Under the pieces are notes generated by a model. The model searched no databases, was not told where the DNA came from, and saw nothing but the letters and a program-made list of their open reading frames with translations. From Ascidiella aspersa (lineage: Eukaryota): a stretch of 64,000 bases of DNA. The first letter of the stretch is position 1. The number at the start of each line of letters is the position of its first letter. Shown here piece after piece: positions 25,493 through 38,830 of the stretch. The position numbers were made by a program, and so were the translations under genes. The DNA lies in the NCBI GenBank assembly GCA_963924565.1, contig OZ004608.1:3472001-3536000 (forward strand), in the 5' to 3' direction.

Positions 25493-25999
25493 TAAATTCT
25501 TACCGAGTATTTTAACTTTGTACAGAAAACCTATTGCTTATCAATATATTTCGCCCCATTAAAAATTAAAAAACGACAGTCACCCAGAATCGAAGGCATT
25601 TAATCTTTAGATTGAACTAGAACCTTGTTGAAAGTCAGTCATTTTATAAAATTTTTAACATATTGCGATATCTTTAGAAACAGAGATAAGTTAATTATAA
25701 ACGTTTACTTAAACCGATCAGGTTTAGATATTTTTGATTTTAATATGAATTCTTTATTAAAGTTACCGAACAGGACAAAAACGAGAAAGTATGCTAGAAT
25801 TCCGGATATGCTTGAGGGTTAAATGTGACTTTTTTATAATTGTGCTAATTTTATTCTTAACCACCTCTGTATATTGGGAGCCTAAACGGTTGTAGAAAAT
25901 AAATCCAATTTATTTTTGTGGAACGATTTTATGACGCCATTTCTTGAACTGAATTGTACTCGGAACAAGAAAAGTGATACGTTTCTACGTAATTAAATC

Positions 26000-26550
26000 T
26001 AGAGACGCGGTCAGTCGGCTAAATCCGTCTTTTTGACCATATTTTGCGTCAGAGAAGACTCACATTTTCTAGAAGCACGCTCTGCCTACGACAATAAATC
26101 ATTAAATCGGCAAAAGTGCAATGTCCAGTTTTTGACTGGCAGCCTCATTTGTCCAAAAATATCGCGACATTTATTTCAACGCTGCTATATGCTAGGGCCT
26201 TTTTCAATTCAGATTTTTTCCAAAAATAACTGTTCGTGTTTTTGTCGACTGTTTAACTGCGCTTTGATAAATTTTAAAATCATTGACGTTCAAATCGTCC
26301 GCACGTTATTTGACTGAAGGCAAATTTAAGTTCAAAACGTCTCGAGCTCCTGTGCCCGTAATTACGAGCTGTTTCAATTCGTTATTTTCTCAATTTTGAA
26401 TTCGTGTCTTCCAGACTAAGATCTATATAAAGGCAAATTTTCAATTGCTATTATTTCTAATTTGACCTGATGAAGCACGGTTGTGAGAAAGCTTGTCAAG
26501 ATTTCAAAATACAATTTGTCTTTACATAGTGCCACCTGATAACCCTATTT
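26000..26550 (+). mobile_element. 5'-truncated, decayed Penelope-like retroelement
   Basis: Remnant peptide LTIFCVREDSHFLEARSAYDNKSLNR resembles the GIY-YIG endonuclease C-terminus of PLEs (R.FLEAW.S....S.NR). TATATAAA (26424-26431) and a minimal hammerhead follow. Confidence 0.62.
26462..26499 (+). ncRNA. Minimal type I hammerhead ribozyme motif (one stem II mismatch)
   Basis: ttgac-CTGATGA-a-gcac(ggtt)gtga-GAAA-gct-T-gtcaa. Stem I is a perfect 5 bp and stem III is palindromic AGCT. The closing pair of stem II is G/A instead of G-C. Confidence 0.72.
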
Positions 26551-27119
26551 ACAGAATTAGACAAATGCGGCCATTTATAAAGACAGATAAACTCTGTATC
26601 CCTTTTGGATATTTTTCTGGCAGTTTCTCACACAACTTTTCACCCTGTAATTAAGTCGCAGCCTATGAGCGAAAATGAAATCGCGGAAAAGCCAATGTTA
26701 CGTCATAAACCATGCGTTTTTGTGTCACACGTGTACAAAATACGGAAAGGCAAGAATAACTTAAGCGTGAAATCTAGATATTATTTTGCGTGTTTCACTG
26801 ATTATATCGAATTTAAAAACTTGTTTCACAACAGAATTATAAGTGAACGAACTAGCTATTTATGCCGAAAGCAACTTTAGGAAATACGTATAGTGCTCAC
26901 GAAGGTCTGGTAACGCCGATCCCATACGTCCCTATTGCAAAAACACTAGACAATTATAGCTCTATTGTTTTGAAATTTAAAGGGTCGTGACTCAACATTT
27001 TAAAAAATAAAATTAAAATGGGGAAGAATAAAATGAGGGGACTATTAATAATACAGGAGAAAGTTCTTCTTTATAGTATTTAAATGTATAAAAAGGTATT
27101 TAAAAATATAAAAAAATAA

Positions 27120-27372
27120 CAATGTTGTAATGACCTTATGTCAATGTCTTGACTTAAGTGCACTTAAGTCACTGTTTTCAAATGACTAGGCTTGACTTAA
27201 ATCTTTTGGGCAAAATTACTTGACTTGAGTCTTTCAGACAAATATCTTGAGCTAAAATAATATGTTTTTATTTAATATTTTTTTTTATATAATGAGTTAT
27301 TTTTCTCAAATTGTGCACGTAATTATATACTTGGGACTTAATTCATTTTAAAATGACTTGTTTACAACACTG
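27120..27372 (+). mobile_element. GACTT-array hAT-type MITE
   Basis: caatgttgtaa...tttacaacactg, homologous to 62080-62610. Confidence 0.85.
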
Positions 27373-27559
27373 GATTCAAACTCATTTCCTGACGATGTCT
27401 ATGCGCAAAGAGAAAAAAGAGATATAGTGCGTAAAAAAATCCCATAATTTGTTTTTAATTCGCTTTCATAAAAAACGATCGCTTTCATAATGGCCTCTTT
27501 AATCAGAAAGGGCTGTTTATTGTCGTGTGTCGTTGACATTTCGCTCTCGTTTTGTTTTT

Positions 27560-27900
27560 TGCTTATTTTGAAACGACGCTGCGTAACCGACGTGTGACCC
27601 CACACCAGGGCGTGGTATGACGCATATTACGCCGTGACGCAAATTTGGAGCGCGCGCGACAATTAAATCCGATTATTGCGCAAGCAGAGAGTATAGAGCA
27701 CGATTCACGTTCTCTGCGCGAACTTTCAAGCAAAACACCCGGAACCGCTTGAAATAAGAGCCGCGTCACTCAAACTTTGAATGTCATTGGTCTATTTCCG
27801 GCCAATGAGCACCGAGCGTCAACTGACTAAACCCGGCTTAGTAGCGGAAAGCTATTAATTTTTTTTATTGACGCAAACAAATTCGAACGCCGTCTGGTAA
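27560..27900. promoter_or_regulatory. CpG-rich promoter/enhancer candidate
   Basis: TGACGCAA x2 (27635, 27869), TGACGCA (27618), C/EBP-like ATTGCGCAAG (27675), ATTGG/CCAAT pair (27786, 27802) and ETS cores. Confidence 0.5.
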
Positions 27901-30249
27901 AGTGCGTATTGCGGATTTCCTGATACGTGTTTTTGTTTTTCAGCTACAAAAAACCCCAATAGGGCTTGGTTACCCTGATTTAGCCGTCATGAGAGCAATA
28001 TGCGGGTAAATTGACCCTAAATGGACAATCTTGTCATTTTTGTGCGCTATCTACGCACATAATACTGTATTTCGTGCTTAGGTCTTACTCCGAAGCAATT
28101 AGAAACACATCAGTGATAAAACGAATGTAATTAAAGGTAATGTTTCCAAATGAAGGCAATAGACTTTGGAGTGTGACGGATTTCCCTCATATGTACGACA
28201 TTGTGTTTACAGATATACGTATGTTACATCGAAAAATGGAATACTTTTGGTATTGTTTGTGCCCTAAACGGAAATACTGCTGTATATCAATCTGTTACGT
28301 TATGACAACTGACGTTTTTATGTGTCTGGCAAACATGAAAATACGCCGTTAGAAAGTTCATATTACGTAGGCCGAAGGTTCGTAAACTTGTTGCGTCTTT
28401 TAATTTTTTCAAGGGCGTCGCATAGTGAGTCCGTGTCGTTTCAAAACCATATTGCGGAATTAAAATGCTACTGTGACTGAGAAGCAATTCAAGCATCACT
28501 TATAAGAGATGGGACGCAATTGTTATCAGTCTGAGTTTCGGAAGAAGGAGCATAATTTAGCAATACAAAGTAAATCTCCTGTATTATTGGGTGCGTCCTA
28601 ATTCCGGCAAAGTCGCTCGCAAAAAGTTTGACAACCACAGACGCAGACCAACACAACATATTGTGCGCATATAAGCTGTTAATCCGGAAGTGTTAAGCGA
28701 TGAAATCAGAATTGTGCGCTAAATTCCCGGCGTAGACATGAACTATTGAACTTTTCACCAGCGTTTTCATGCAAAAAAAAAGCTATACACGTCAGCTATA
28801 AGATCGTCATAAAATATATCTTCTTACAATACTCACTCGTAAAAAAGCAGGCTGAATATAGGGATGCCACTGCTTTAAAATTACCTGTCGAGAACAAAGA
28901 TTTGAAAAGTACTTGAAAATACTAAATCTTTAAGTAATTCATGTGAATTGTTTTTTTTACAAATACAAAGGCCTGTTGACTTACAGTTCAAAAATTACGC
29001 TTTATGTAAATTAAAAAGAAGCGAAATCCTTAAACGCAGAAAATAAATGCGTTTTGTAAACAAAATTAATTGGCTTGTTCTGTCTTGTTAATGTTCACTC
29101 AAAGTTTTGTTAAATTTTAATTGTTCTACTTATCATTTCGGTATACAATAGCACTTTGCAAAAAAGAAATATTTACACAGCGTGTTTTCGCTAGTCAGGC
29201 TGATGGTTGTATTTTTTTCCTGTAGTCTTGTATCGTTGTAACAACTTGACGAGAATTTGTTGTACCAGGATCGTGTGGATCTTTATTTGGCCTCTTGAGT
29301 CTTGTCGGGTTATGAAATAAACTTGTGGTAATTCGTGGCGCCCATTCCACCTCGCCTATGCTTGAAGCAATAAACATACACAAAACTTGTTATTCCCAAA
29401 GTCAAACCGTCATAGATCGGTAAAAACGATGTTTTTCGGTAAGAAAATTAAAAAAAATCTCATGCCATTTTTCCAATTTAAATATTTTGTCACGTTTCAT
29501 TATTGATTAGTGAAATAAATTAAGTAAATTATAACTATGTAAAAAAAATGATCAAATACATAAAAAAAAACATTTTGCTTATTTATGTTGGTTTTGGGAT
29601 ATATATAGACAAATTGAATTAAACTGTTCATTTTAAATAAAAATCACAGTATGCCACTTAATGTCCATTCCCTATTTTTTTGCATAATATTTACAGTTGC
29701 AATATATGGGTTTTTTTTTCTTCCAAATAAGTTCTGCTTCAAAGCTGTTAATTTCGCCTTTCCTTATGACGTCAAACTTTTGCCGTAGCGTTTTTTCCTC
29801 GTGAAAACCGCGTCGTTGAGTGTTTATTTGGTAAGCTACAATCGCGACGCTTCGCGGAACAGGACAAACGTCACTGTTACGTCATAAGTCAATGCCGCAA
29901 CCGTCTCGAAGCGCCAAAACTTGGAATTAAGCCACAATTCAAACCCGACAGAGAAACAAAAGCGGCACTATTCCAGAATTAAAAGTGCACAGAAGAATTC
30001 CTTAATCTTTACAAAATTCCCGATTTTTTGGTCGATTATATTCTCAGCGTTGGTTTTTCGATTTATCCCCAGCGCGAGAGTTTAACGTTCGCGCAATTAA
30101 TCCGGACTTGCCAGGTTAGGAATGCGTCTGTACCACCAGCGTCGCGTTGACTCGTGTGCAAACGCATTGTTCTCTCATAAAGCTGAGGTACTGGGATCTC
30201 AGAAGGAGCCTGGTTAGTACATACTAAAGTCGTAAACGTTTAGGATAAA

Positions 30250-30425
30250 ACTTCAGAAAGTGCAAAAGTGTTGAAGTTTTATTGGCTTATTTATATTCAT
30301 TCTACGTCCAACTACAACCTCCAGCCATTATCTTAAGATTATTCAAAGCATTCACAAAATGCTAACTGCTTCTGTATGGGCTTTAGTATTCATTTTAGGT
30401 CCAACTACAACCTCCAGCCATCACA
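30250..30425 (+). repeat. Modular foldback repeat family (aaaatgctacctacttct / actacaacctccagccatt), two tandem units
   Basis: gtccaactacaacctccagccat occurs twice. The same modules are at 33951, 44876 and 47146. Confidence 0.75.
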
Positions 30426-32126
30426 TGATCCAAGTTTTGCTCTGTTATTGTTAAACAGTGGCACTCAGTGTTTAGGTTCCCTTCAAGGAAAACAAAGGCC
30501 TTCAGTGGTTAAGAACAACTGGCATGGCCTTGACCCTAGCTAGTTGTAACGCACGTTCCAAAGTGTATAAGTCATCGAAACAAGAATTCTACCAGCAACA
30601 AACACGGGCAAGTTTATACTCAGAGGATGATCGTAAACCAAGCAACTGCGCCTAAACATACCACCTCTTGTTCGAACGTGTCCTTCTTTCGCCTCCATTT
30701 ATTGTCACCCGTCGGCCGGCCAAAAGTTGACGCTGCGATTTAATTAATATTGGATCGTTCTTATGTTGCCTTTAATCACCTGGATTAGACCATTAAGTCG
30801 CCAACGTTATGTGCTAGGCTTTGTGTTCTGCTATACACCAACGTGCCAATGAATAAGATGTCGAAAATGCGTAAACATTTGTCCCACGCATAAATTTGCT
30901 GACAACCTGATGGATTTTCACTGGGTTTTCAACTGGTTTTAAGTCTACATTTAATAATTGGAAAATGTAGGGAATTTAAAGCATAATGGCTTTATAATTT
31001 GTAATTAGATGTAGAATGATTCAAGCCAATACAGAAGTATAGAAATAACAAAAATGGTGCTCAAATGTTTACAAATGCTAGCCAATCCTGTTTGGGCTTT
31101 GATATTTATTTGAAGGACATATAGACAACCTCTTTTACACTTGTTTTACTTATTTTAGGATCTGAATGAAATAGGGAAAGAACAAGTTAAAACAGTAATT
31201 TAAAAAGTTTGCGGGGTTTGCACTAATTTTAAGTAAAAAATGCTCGTTTGGCACAGCTATAAGACACAGCTAAAGTTTGGCACAGCTAATCTTCTGTTTA
31301 AGAATTTTAAGATTTTAAGTTAGTTAATGTCAATTTTAAGGCATACACCTTAATTCTGCTTATGACGTATAACATGGCGAAACTGTATCAAGGAAGTGCA
31401 AAACAAGATTTACAGCGATCAATATACATGCCCCGGATTACCCCGCCCATAACGATTATTATGTAGAACCTGAATTCGTGCAGTTCAATTCTGAATCATT
31501 TAGTTTCGTCAAAATATCGCCACACTTCTAATTAGAGGATTTTTTTTGGATTAAGACACGTGTACATCAGATTTTCGGCCACAAATGATTAATTCTATCG
31601 TCACCTGTGTGTAGGCTGCAAACTTCAAAAAATAACATTTCCTTTGTTCCTTTGTTTTAAAAAGAACGCCTACACAATGGAAACGAATTAAATCACTCGG
31701 TTATATCCGAAATTCCCTTGAAAAACAATGCTTTTCGGTCTCAGTTATTTGTATTTCATTGTTGCCGCATACTTTTTAAGAAGATTATCGCTGTATCAAT
31801 CATCAGTTTGTAATTTCAGGTGAACCCGAAATATTGCCGAAACTTACTGTTTTCTATTGCAAATACACACGCGATGATTCATTTTCAAAGGTGAAATTGA
31901 GGTGTATCCAGGCGTTTTTGTTTAACCTTAAAATCTGTTGCGAGCAATTCGAAATCACGTTTTTATCCCGTAGCGACAAAATACCAATTCCCTCCAAGAA
32001 ATTAGCGATATTTGACGTTAAGAGCGGTTTCTAATCCTTAACCTACCCAGTGCTTTCAGGATGATAAACATGTATCAGATGAACAAACTGTAGCCTTACC
32101 AAAGATAACTTATCATGATGCTAAAG

Positions 32127-32476
32127 CAGCGGTTCTCAACCAATGGGCCATGGCTCACTGGTGGGCCACAAGAACATTTAAGGTGGACCACAGACCAATT
32201 TAAAAAAGCTAGATTTAGTTTCATTTGTGTCACTATATTTAATTTTACAGTAATAATGGCTGGGGAGAGAGGAGTTAACAAGAAATGTAAATTTATTGTT
32301 CAGCCGCAAATATCTCACTAATGCACGGTTAAATAAATAATCTGTTTTGAAATATGTTCTTCTGTGCTTTGTTCTAAACCTAATTTACATTTTTTTCTTT
32401 CATAAAAAACTATTGGGCCACAGAAATTTTTTGCAACGTAAGTGGGCCACGAAAGAAAAAAGGTTGAGAACCAGTG
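32127..32476. mobile_element. hAT Buster-type MITE with perfect TSD
   Basis: cagcggttctcaacc...ggttgagaaccagtg with TSD tgctaaag on both sides. Confidence 0.92.
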
Positions 32477-33950
32477 TGCTAAAGGGAAAAAAACATTAGT
32501 TTTAAGCATCTTTGTACACAGCTAGAGCACTTTCTAGTTAAGCTATTCTACGAAAACAAACGCTAAATGACGTTTCGACCGAAATACGTTTTAGGGCAAA
32601 TTTTTGTAGCTATCAATTTTAGCTCAGGGTACATTAAGTAAGTATACTGCGATCAAAACTGCTACAAGACGGAAATAGTTCTCAAAAATGTTTTGTAATA
32701 TGTCTTTGTTTTATATAGCAAACTATACCCATGAAATTAGGTAGAATATTTTTTTTCAAAATAAAGTAACCTGGTATATTCAAGATTAATATATTTTAAA
32801 AAACTTTTCCAAAAAAATGAAACTTTTTCAAAATGATAAATTAACTTTAAAATGAAAAATCCCAATTTTATATTTTACTTCAAAAAAAGTGATATAAAAC
32901 CAGCGTAACCCGAGTTCAAGAAAGTTGCAAAATAAACGCCACGATAAGTAACTCTACCTCATATGTATTGCTTTTTAATTACGTTAAAATTGTCTTGACG
33001 CCAGGTTAAATGTTTTACGTCTTTGTCACGTCGTTGAGTCCCCAAAAAGTTGCTTATCTTCTAGAGCGGTTTTGCCAACACATAATAGATCCCAATCAAA
33101 TATGACGGTCTGTAAAAGTACAGTGAGCAATGGGTTTTGCAGTTGTCATGTAATCGTTTTGCGATGTTTTTTTGATATTTTTTTAGGTGATACTTGGAAT
33201 AAATGTTTTTTGGGAACCGTATACTTGGAAAAACATTTATAGTCAGTTATTCACTCTTTAACTTTCAACTAATTTGAATGATTTTGAAAAGGTGTGATTT
33301 TGTAGTTTCTGAGTAATTTGTTGTTCGTTTTTTTTATATTTAGGCAAAATGCAAAAAACGTTACTTAAGTTACACCACGTATATAACGCATCAATACCAA
33401 AATATTTTCGGCACAAAACAAAATTGAGCAACATGCAATTTGGCCTGTACAACAAAACAGCCCTTTAACTAATATTTTATGGATATTTTCGTGATGAAAT
33501 CACAAATTATAAGTCCATAGACAAACTAGCTTCGTTTAACATCGTGTAGTGCTGTTGTATGACATTTTGACCAAATTTCCAAAAGAGGTTGAAAAACGGC
33601 TAAAAGCGAAAAAGCAAAACACCTGCTGACTGTTTTTTTCTGTTGTTTCTCGTGACATTAATGCAGATTAACCTCCAGTAGCCTCTAAAAAAAGTGCAAT
33701 TTTGCAAATATCACACTCAAAACAACAACACGAGCAGACAGACAAGGAAATCCAGTCGAAAATCGGGTTAAGTTCTAAACGTGGCGGCCACGAAGCCGAT
33801 TCCTTTGTCCTGCTGACAGCAGTTTAATCCGAAGAACTTTTTTAACCACCATATCATCGGCGTGTGTTTAACAATGGGGAATTCCCAACTGTCTTTGTTT
33901 ATCCAGTTTTCGCTTCTAGAAAAACATTTTTTTTGTTCCAACTTGCTTAG

Positions 33951-34230
33951 TAAGAATATGAAAGGCCTTACTGTAGTAGGTAGCATTTGGTAAACATTTC
34001 GAATAACTCTTTATTCAATTTCAACATCAATGTCAACGTTAAAATGCTACCTACTTCTGTATAGGCTTTGATATTCATTCTACGTCTAACTAAAACCAGC
34101 CATTATGTTCAGATAAAATGCTACCTACTTCTATAAAGAGATATTCGAAACGTTTAAACTGCTACTTCTGTAAAGGCTTTTATATTATTGCTACGTATTA
34201 ATACAATGTCAAACCATTATACTCCAATGT
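33951..34230. repeat. Modular foldback repeat family copy
   Basis: agtaggtagcattt ... aaatgctacctact inverted pair, followed by direct units. Confidence 0.75.
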
Positions 34231-35538
34231 TCCAAATAAAATATTATAATTGCCTCTAAATAACTAAAAAAATTATGCCAATATTTCATTTTTACAAAAC
34301 CATCGTATAGCATTCAAACGTCCCAAAACAGGCTAAATTGTACGCGAAAATAACACGACTGCATATTAAGGGCTAATGTGGTTATAATATCTTTTACCCG
34401 ACCAAAGCATTACCTTGCGTTGCACAATATGCCATTCCCAACTGCCAATCTTTGTCTGATTTTCGCTCCTGGCAATTTGTAAATATTGCTGGAAGCGAAA
34501 GGTTATGCTGCCTGTTACGTGTTTATCAACACGTTAAACACCCAAATTGATTAACTGCCATAAGCCAAATCTTAGAGTTCATTAAGTGATTTTACGATGT
34601 GATAAATAGGGTTTTCAGGGCTGCCGTTTCGTGGAAAGATCGCATTGAGCGGACCTTTTAGTGAGAAGTTAAACCGCGCCGGAAAACAAGCGATAAATGA
34701 TCGTGAGATTTGCAGAAATGTTTGGAGACAGGAAAAAACATGTCTAAAGTCCAATTAACGGCGAACACCACAGCGCACAAGAATATTACATTAATATACA
34801 ATTATACATGTCTCGAAATGCGAAAACCTAATTCCTAGCCCTACATTTAAAAACCAAGGCGCTAAATTAATAATGAATGTTAGAATTTACAGTCGGCGTA
34901 ATTAGCAACCGGTGATAATTTTGTAGTGCTAATTGAGCACGTAACACTGCCTTAATTTACAAAAAGTTATATGGATGCTCTTAACTGTGTACAAAGCCGT
35001 CGTTGTTCAAAAACGTTACAAAAGATTAAATTGCACTGAAAAATACCTAATTGAATGGCCGGTTAATTTTTTTCGACCAGCGCTTTACCTTGTGACACAC
35101 AACAGGGGATTCCTGGCTGTCAATCGTTGCCTAATCTAATTAATATTTTGTCAATTTATTCAAGAAAAGCAAGATTTAATGTCACTTTACCATAAATATT
35201 AAATATGCCCTTTATGTACCTTTATTTCGTGTTAAATTAACATAAAAAAATATTTATGTACGTGTTATGTTTACATCATGTTTACATCAAAAAACAACAC
35301 TGTTCCCATATACATAACATCATTTAAGATTTGATGTGCAGATGTGAAATTCTTCTGTCGAGCAAATATCAATTTAATCCGGCGAACGTCTACGACTATA
35401 CGCCATTATCTCGTGTCGCAACAGGGAATTTCCACTTGTCAATCTTAGCCAGGTATATTTTTGCTCGGTTTCTCACGCGGTGTTTTTACGTGTTGTTGCC
35501 CGCGTTCTTTTTTCGCCATGAAATCTATTACGAGCGCC

Positions 35539-36144
35539 TAATGTAACTTACCCTGAAAGAGGCAACATTTATAAGGCCATGAAACTTTGAATAACGCAAA
35601 TTACCAGGGTAGTTTTTGATTGATAAAATATGCCTGGTAGCAACACTTTTTATTTATTGAAAATAACTAAATTATTTAGTCCCAGTATAAAGCGCCAGGA
35701 AACGAACCGAAGTGCAAAAATGCATGTCAATTTCACTAAGGTAAAACAATAGGAGGCCACAACAAAAACGGTTATTCCAACCACTTTATTGGTGTTAAAC
35801 ATTGACAACTTTTGTGCGTCCGTTTTTTTTATGTTAATATCACATATCGTTGGTGACTGCATTTTGGTTGTCACTAGATGTAATTTCGTTATACTTCATA
35901 TTGTTGACTCATGGCTAATTAAAAAATTAAATTAAAAAATCTAACGTGAAATGTAGCTCATTAAATTCGTACTTAATGTAACTTACCCTGAAAGATGCGA
36001 CATTTATAAGGCCATGAAACTTTGGATAACGCAAATTACCAGAGTAGTTATTTTGATTGATAAAATATGCCCGGTAGCAACACTTTTTTTTTTTAATTCA
36101 AATTAAAAAACAAATGTGAAATGTAGCTCATTAAATTCGTACTT
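35539..36144 (+). repeat. Local direct duplications (35539-35650 / 35974-36087; 35930-35974 / 36100-36144)
   Basis: Near-identical taatgtaacttaccctgaaaga...ggtagcaacactttt and gtgaaatgtagctcattaaattcgtactt. Confidence 0.9.
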
Positions 36145-36396
36145 TATGTTCCTAATCGTTTGGATTAAATTCAACATAATCCGTTGTACTTCTACAGAAA
36201 TATAGAAAAACAACAATAACGAAAAACACCGCGACAAAATCCAAACGACATCGTGATAGACATAATTTGTTAATTCTGAATCACGGCATTATCTCTCTCT
36301 CTCAAGTTAATCCCCAAAAGCCACAACACCTTAACATCACACGCTATCGGTCCCTAAATGCCAACACCCAAATACGGTTAGTTCATTTAAAAAAGT

Positions 36397-37024
36397 GATA
36401 CTTCGCTCGAGTAATGGGCGCTAAATTTAGAATAATCTACTAGAACGGCGCACAACTTTACCATATATGGAAGCAACGTCAAAACTTTGAGCGTTGCGTT
36501 TTTTTAACGTAAAAACAAACACGGTGCCAGCAGGAAAAAAATTATCACGTTTTGCCCTAGACGTAAAATGAAGTCACCGCTGGTAATTTTCCGCGTCTTT
36601 TGTTTTTTCAAGAGGCGAGGGAAAAGTCGTTTTATGAATAACAGTAATTCTATATTTCATTTGCTTATTGTCAATATCAAGTTTTTTGCTTTCACGTCTT
36701 TTCTTTTAAAAAACGATACTATCCAAAGTAATGGGCGCTAAATTTAGAATATCTACTATAACGGCGCACAACTTTACCTTATATGGAAGCAACGTCGAAT
36801 TTTAAATTTAAAGTACAGAACTTAGTAAAAGGAAAATCGGTTTGTTTTGATGTTTTAATATGATAAATATATTTCGCTATTAAAAGCATCAACAGTATCT
36901 TTAGCAACGAAATTATCACGTTTTGCCCTGGACGTAAAATGAAGTCACCCCTCTTAATTTTCCGCGTCTCTCTGTTTTTCTTAATATAAGGCAAGGAAAA
37001 AATCGTTTTATGAATAGCAGTAAT
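36397..37024 (+). repeat. Local direct duplication (about 36397-36650 / 36716-37024)
   Basis: Shared agtaatgggcgctaaatttagaata...acggcgcacaactttacc and aattatcacgttttgccct.gacgtaaaatgaagtcacc. Confidence 0.88.
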
Positions 37025-38124
37025 CCTCGGGCCGCAAAAACTGGTCCAACGTCGTCGCCATGATTTTTAACTTTCACCGGATTTTCCAGGAAAAAAGCCG
37101 ATAATTTGTATGAGCGCTGCAAAACAAGAAGGCAGACCTTCGCGCTCGCCACGGCGGCAATCTACGAAGAACCGCAGAAAAAAACAACAAGCCCAGGTCA
37201 CGTTTTGTTAGCGCATTAGCAATGTGGGCCAGTTTACGAGGTTGCTGGCAAAAGAAGCCGGCCCTCTTTTTTAACCGGGATTTTTAGGCATTTTTTGCAC
37301 CAGTGGGAAGTTTAAAATGGCTGGTTTTGATTTATTTCCTCAACTTTTTGTTTGGTTCATTTTTATGCACTAAAAGGTTGTAGAAAAGTTTGCATTGCCA
37401 TTCCAAGTTTTTTTTCGCATAATTTAGTGGATTTTTTTGTGCGTTTTTGTTAAAAACGAAAGTGGCTTGATGCGTTTTATACAGTTATTGTAAAGCGGCT
37501 AAACAGCAAGTCGTAATACCTGGTTATAAATTATTTTAAATTGCCAAACGTCTTTTCTGCGTTTTGTCCCACCACCACCAAGTTAAGCCGGGCGTTTTTA
37601 AATATTGCGTATTTTATTTGTTTCTACTTTAAATTATTATCTTGCATTTGCCAGTAATTTATAAAAAAAAAGAGTTTAAAACCGCCGACCTAGTAAACAG
37701 AAAACGTATGGGACACGAGTAAGATTTCTATTAATACAATTTTTTAAACAACATGGGGATGCGGCATTTCGCCGTAACACATACTTGGTACAAAACAGTC
37801 AATGAAGAACGACCCGTATCTTTGCTAAAAGGCGGCCACAAATTATATAAAGTGGCCGTTTTTTAATCACTTAATTGAGCTTGCGGCTCGCTGTCCACAA
37901 GAATTGTAAACGCACACAAACATCGCCGTGAAATCGTTGAGAAAAGCACATCGCGCCCGATATAACTCGCCCTGGCAGACTGCCGGCGTCAAGCGATCCT
38001 TGTTACGACTTCAATATGTTCAGGCGCCGGGAAAATTCGCTTATCTCGTTCAAATCTACAAGTATAAAAGCCAAGTCGAGACCCCGATTTTCAGGCGCCA
38101 TTTTCTTCTAAGAAAAGCCGAGTT

Positions 38125-38830
38125 TTTACCATGACTACTATACCTGGGGGTTTCTTTACGCAAAAAGAGACGGCTGACTAAAAAAAAATTTAAGGATGAT
38201 ATTTTTTTCACGCAAAAAAATATCTGAAAAAACGAATCGAATAGGGATGATTACAAATGTGCCCACGACTGTTAGCGTGACTATCAACTTGATTTTCATT
38301 GTATTATGAGATGTACAAAGTCTATTGCAACAGGACTCCGGCCCTTTCTTTTAAGCCGAACATTTCATGTGAAATGGCGACCAGTTACAAGCTGAATTAA
38401 CTAAATTAGCAAAGCAGAGTTCGCAAAAAATCGTATATTTGCAAAAAAAACAATTTAGGGGTGATAACAAACGTTTTTTTACATGACTATTTTTTGCATG
38501 ACTACTGTACCCGGGGGTTTCTTTCGCGCAAAAAGAATCGGTTGACGAAAAAAACAATTTAAGGATGATTACAAATGTGTCCATACCACTGTTAGGGTGA
38601 GAAACAACTTAATTTTTGTTGTATTATGAGATGTACAAAGTATTGCGGTTGGTTTAGTAATAGCATTAGCATTAGACTCCGACCCTTTGATCTAAGTCCA
38701 ACATTTTCATGTGTAATGGCCGCAAAAAAACAATTTATGATAACAAATGTTTATTTTTGCCTGGGGTTTTTTCACGCAAAAAGAGTCACTTGACTAATAA
38801 AAACGAGCCAGGGAAGATAACAAATGTCTC
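38125..38830 (+). repeat. Local diverged duplication/triplication
   Basis: catgactact.tacc.gggggtttcttt.cgcaaaaaga and ggatgattacaaatgtg...ttgtattatgagatgtacaaagt recur. Confidence 0.8.

Noticed and set aside
29195-29383. Exon-like segment with a strong plus-strand acceptor (tttttttcctgtag)
   Set aside because: No recognisable peptide in the frames checked and no partner exon.
32568-32600. Third hammerhead on the minus strand (acgtttcgacc)
   Set aside because: The GAAACGU half is present but the CUGANGA box and stem II partner are missing. Other CTGATGA words (23974, 53905, 57746) lack a positioned GAAA.
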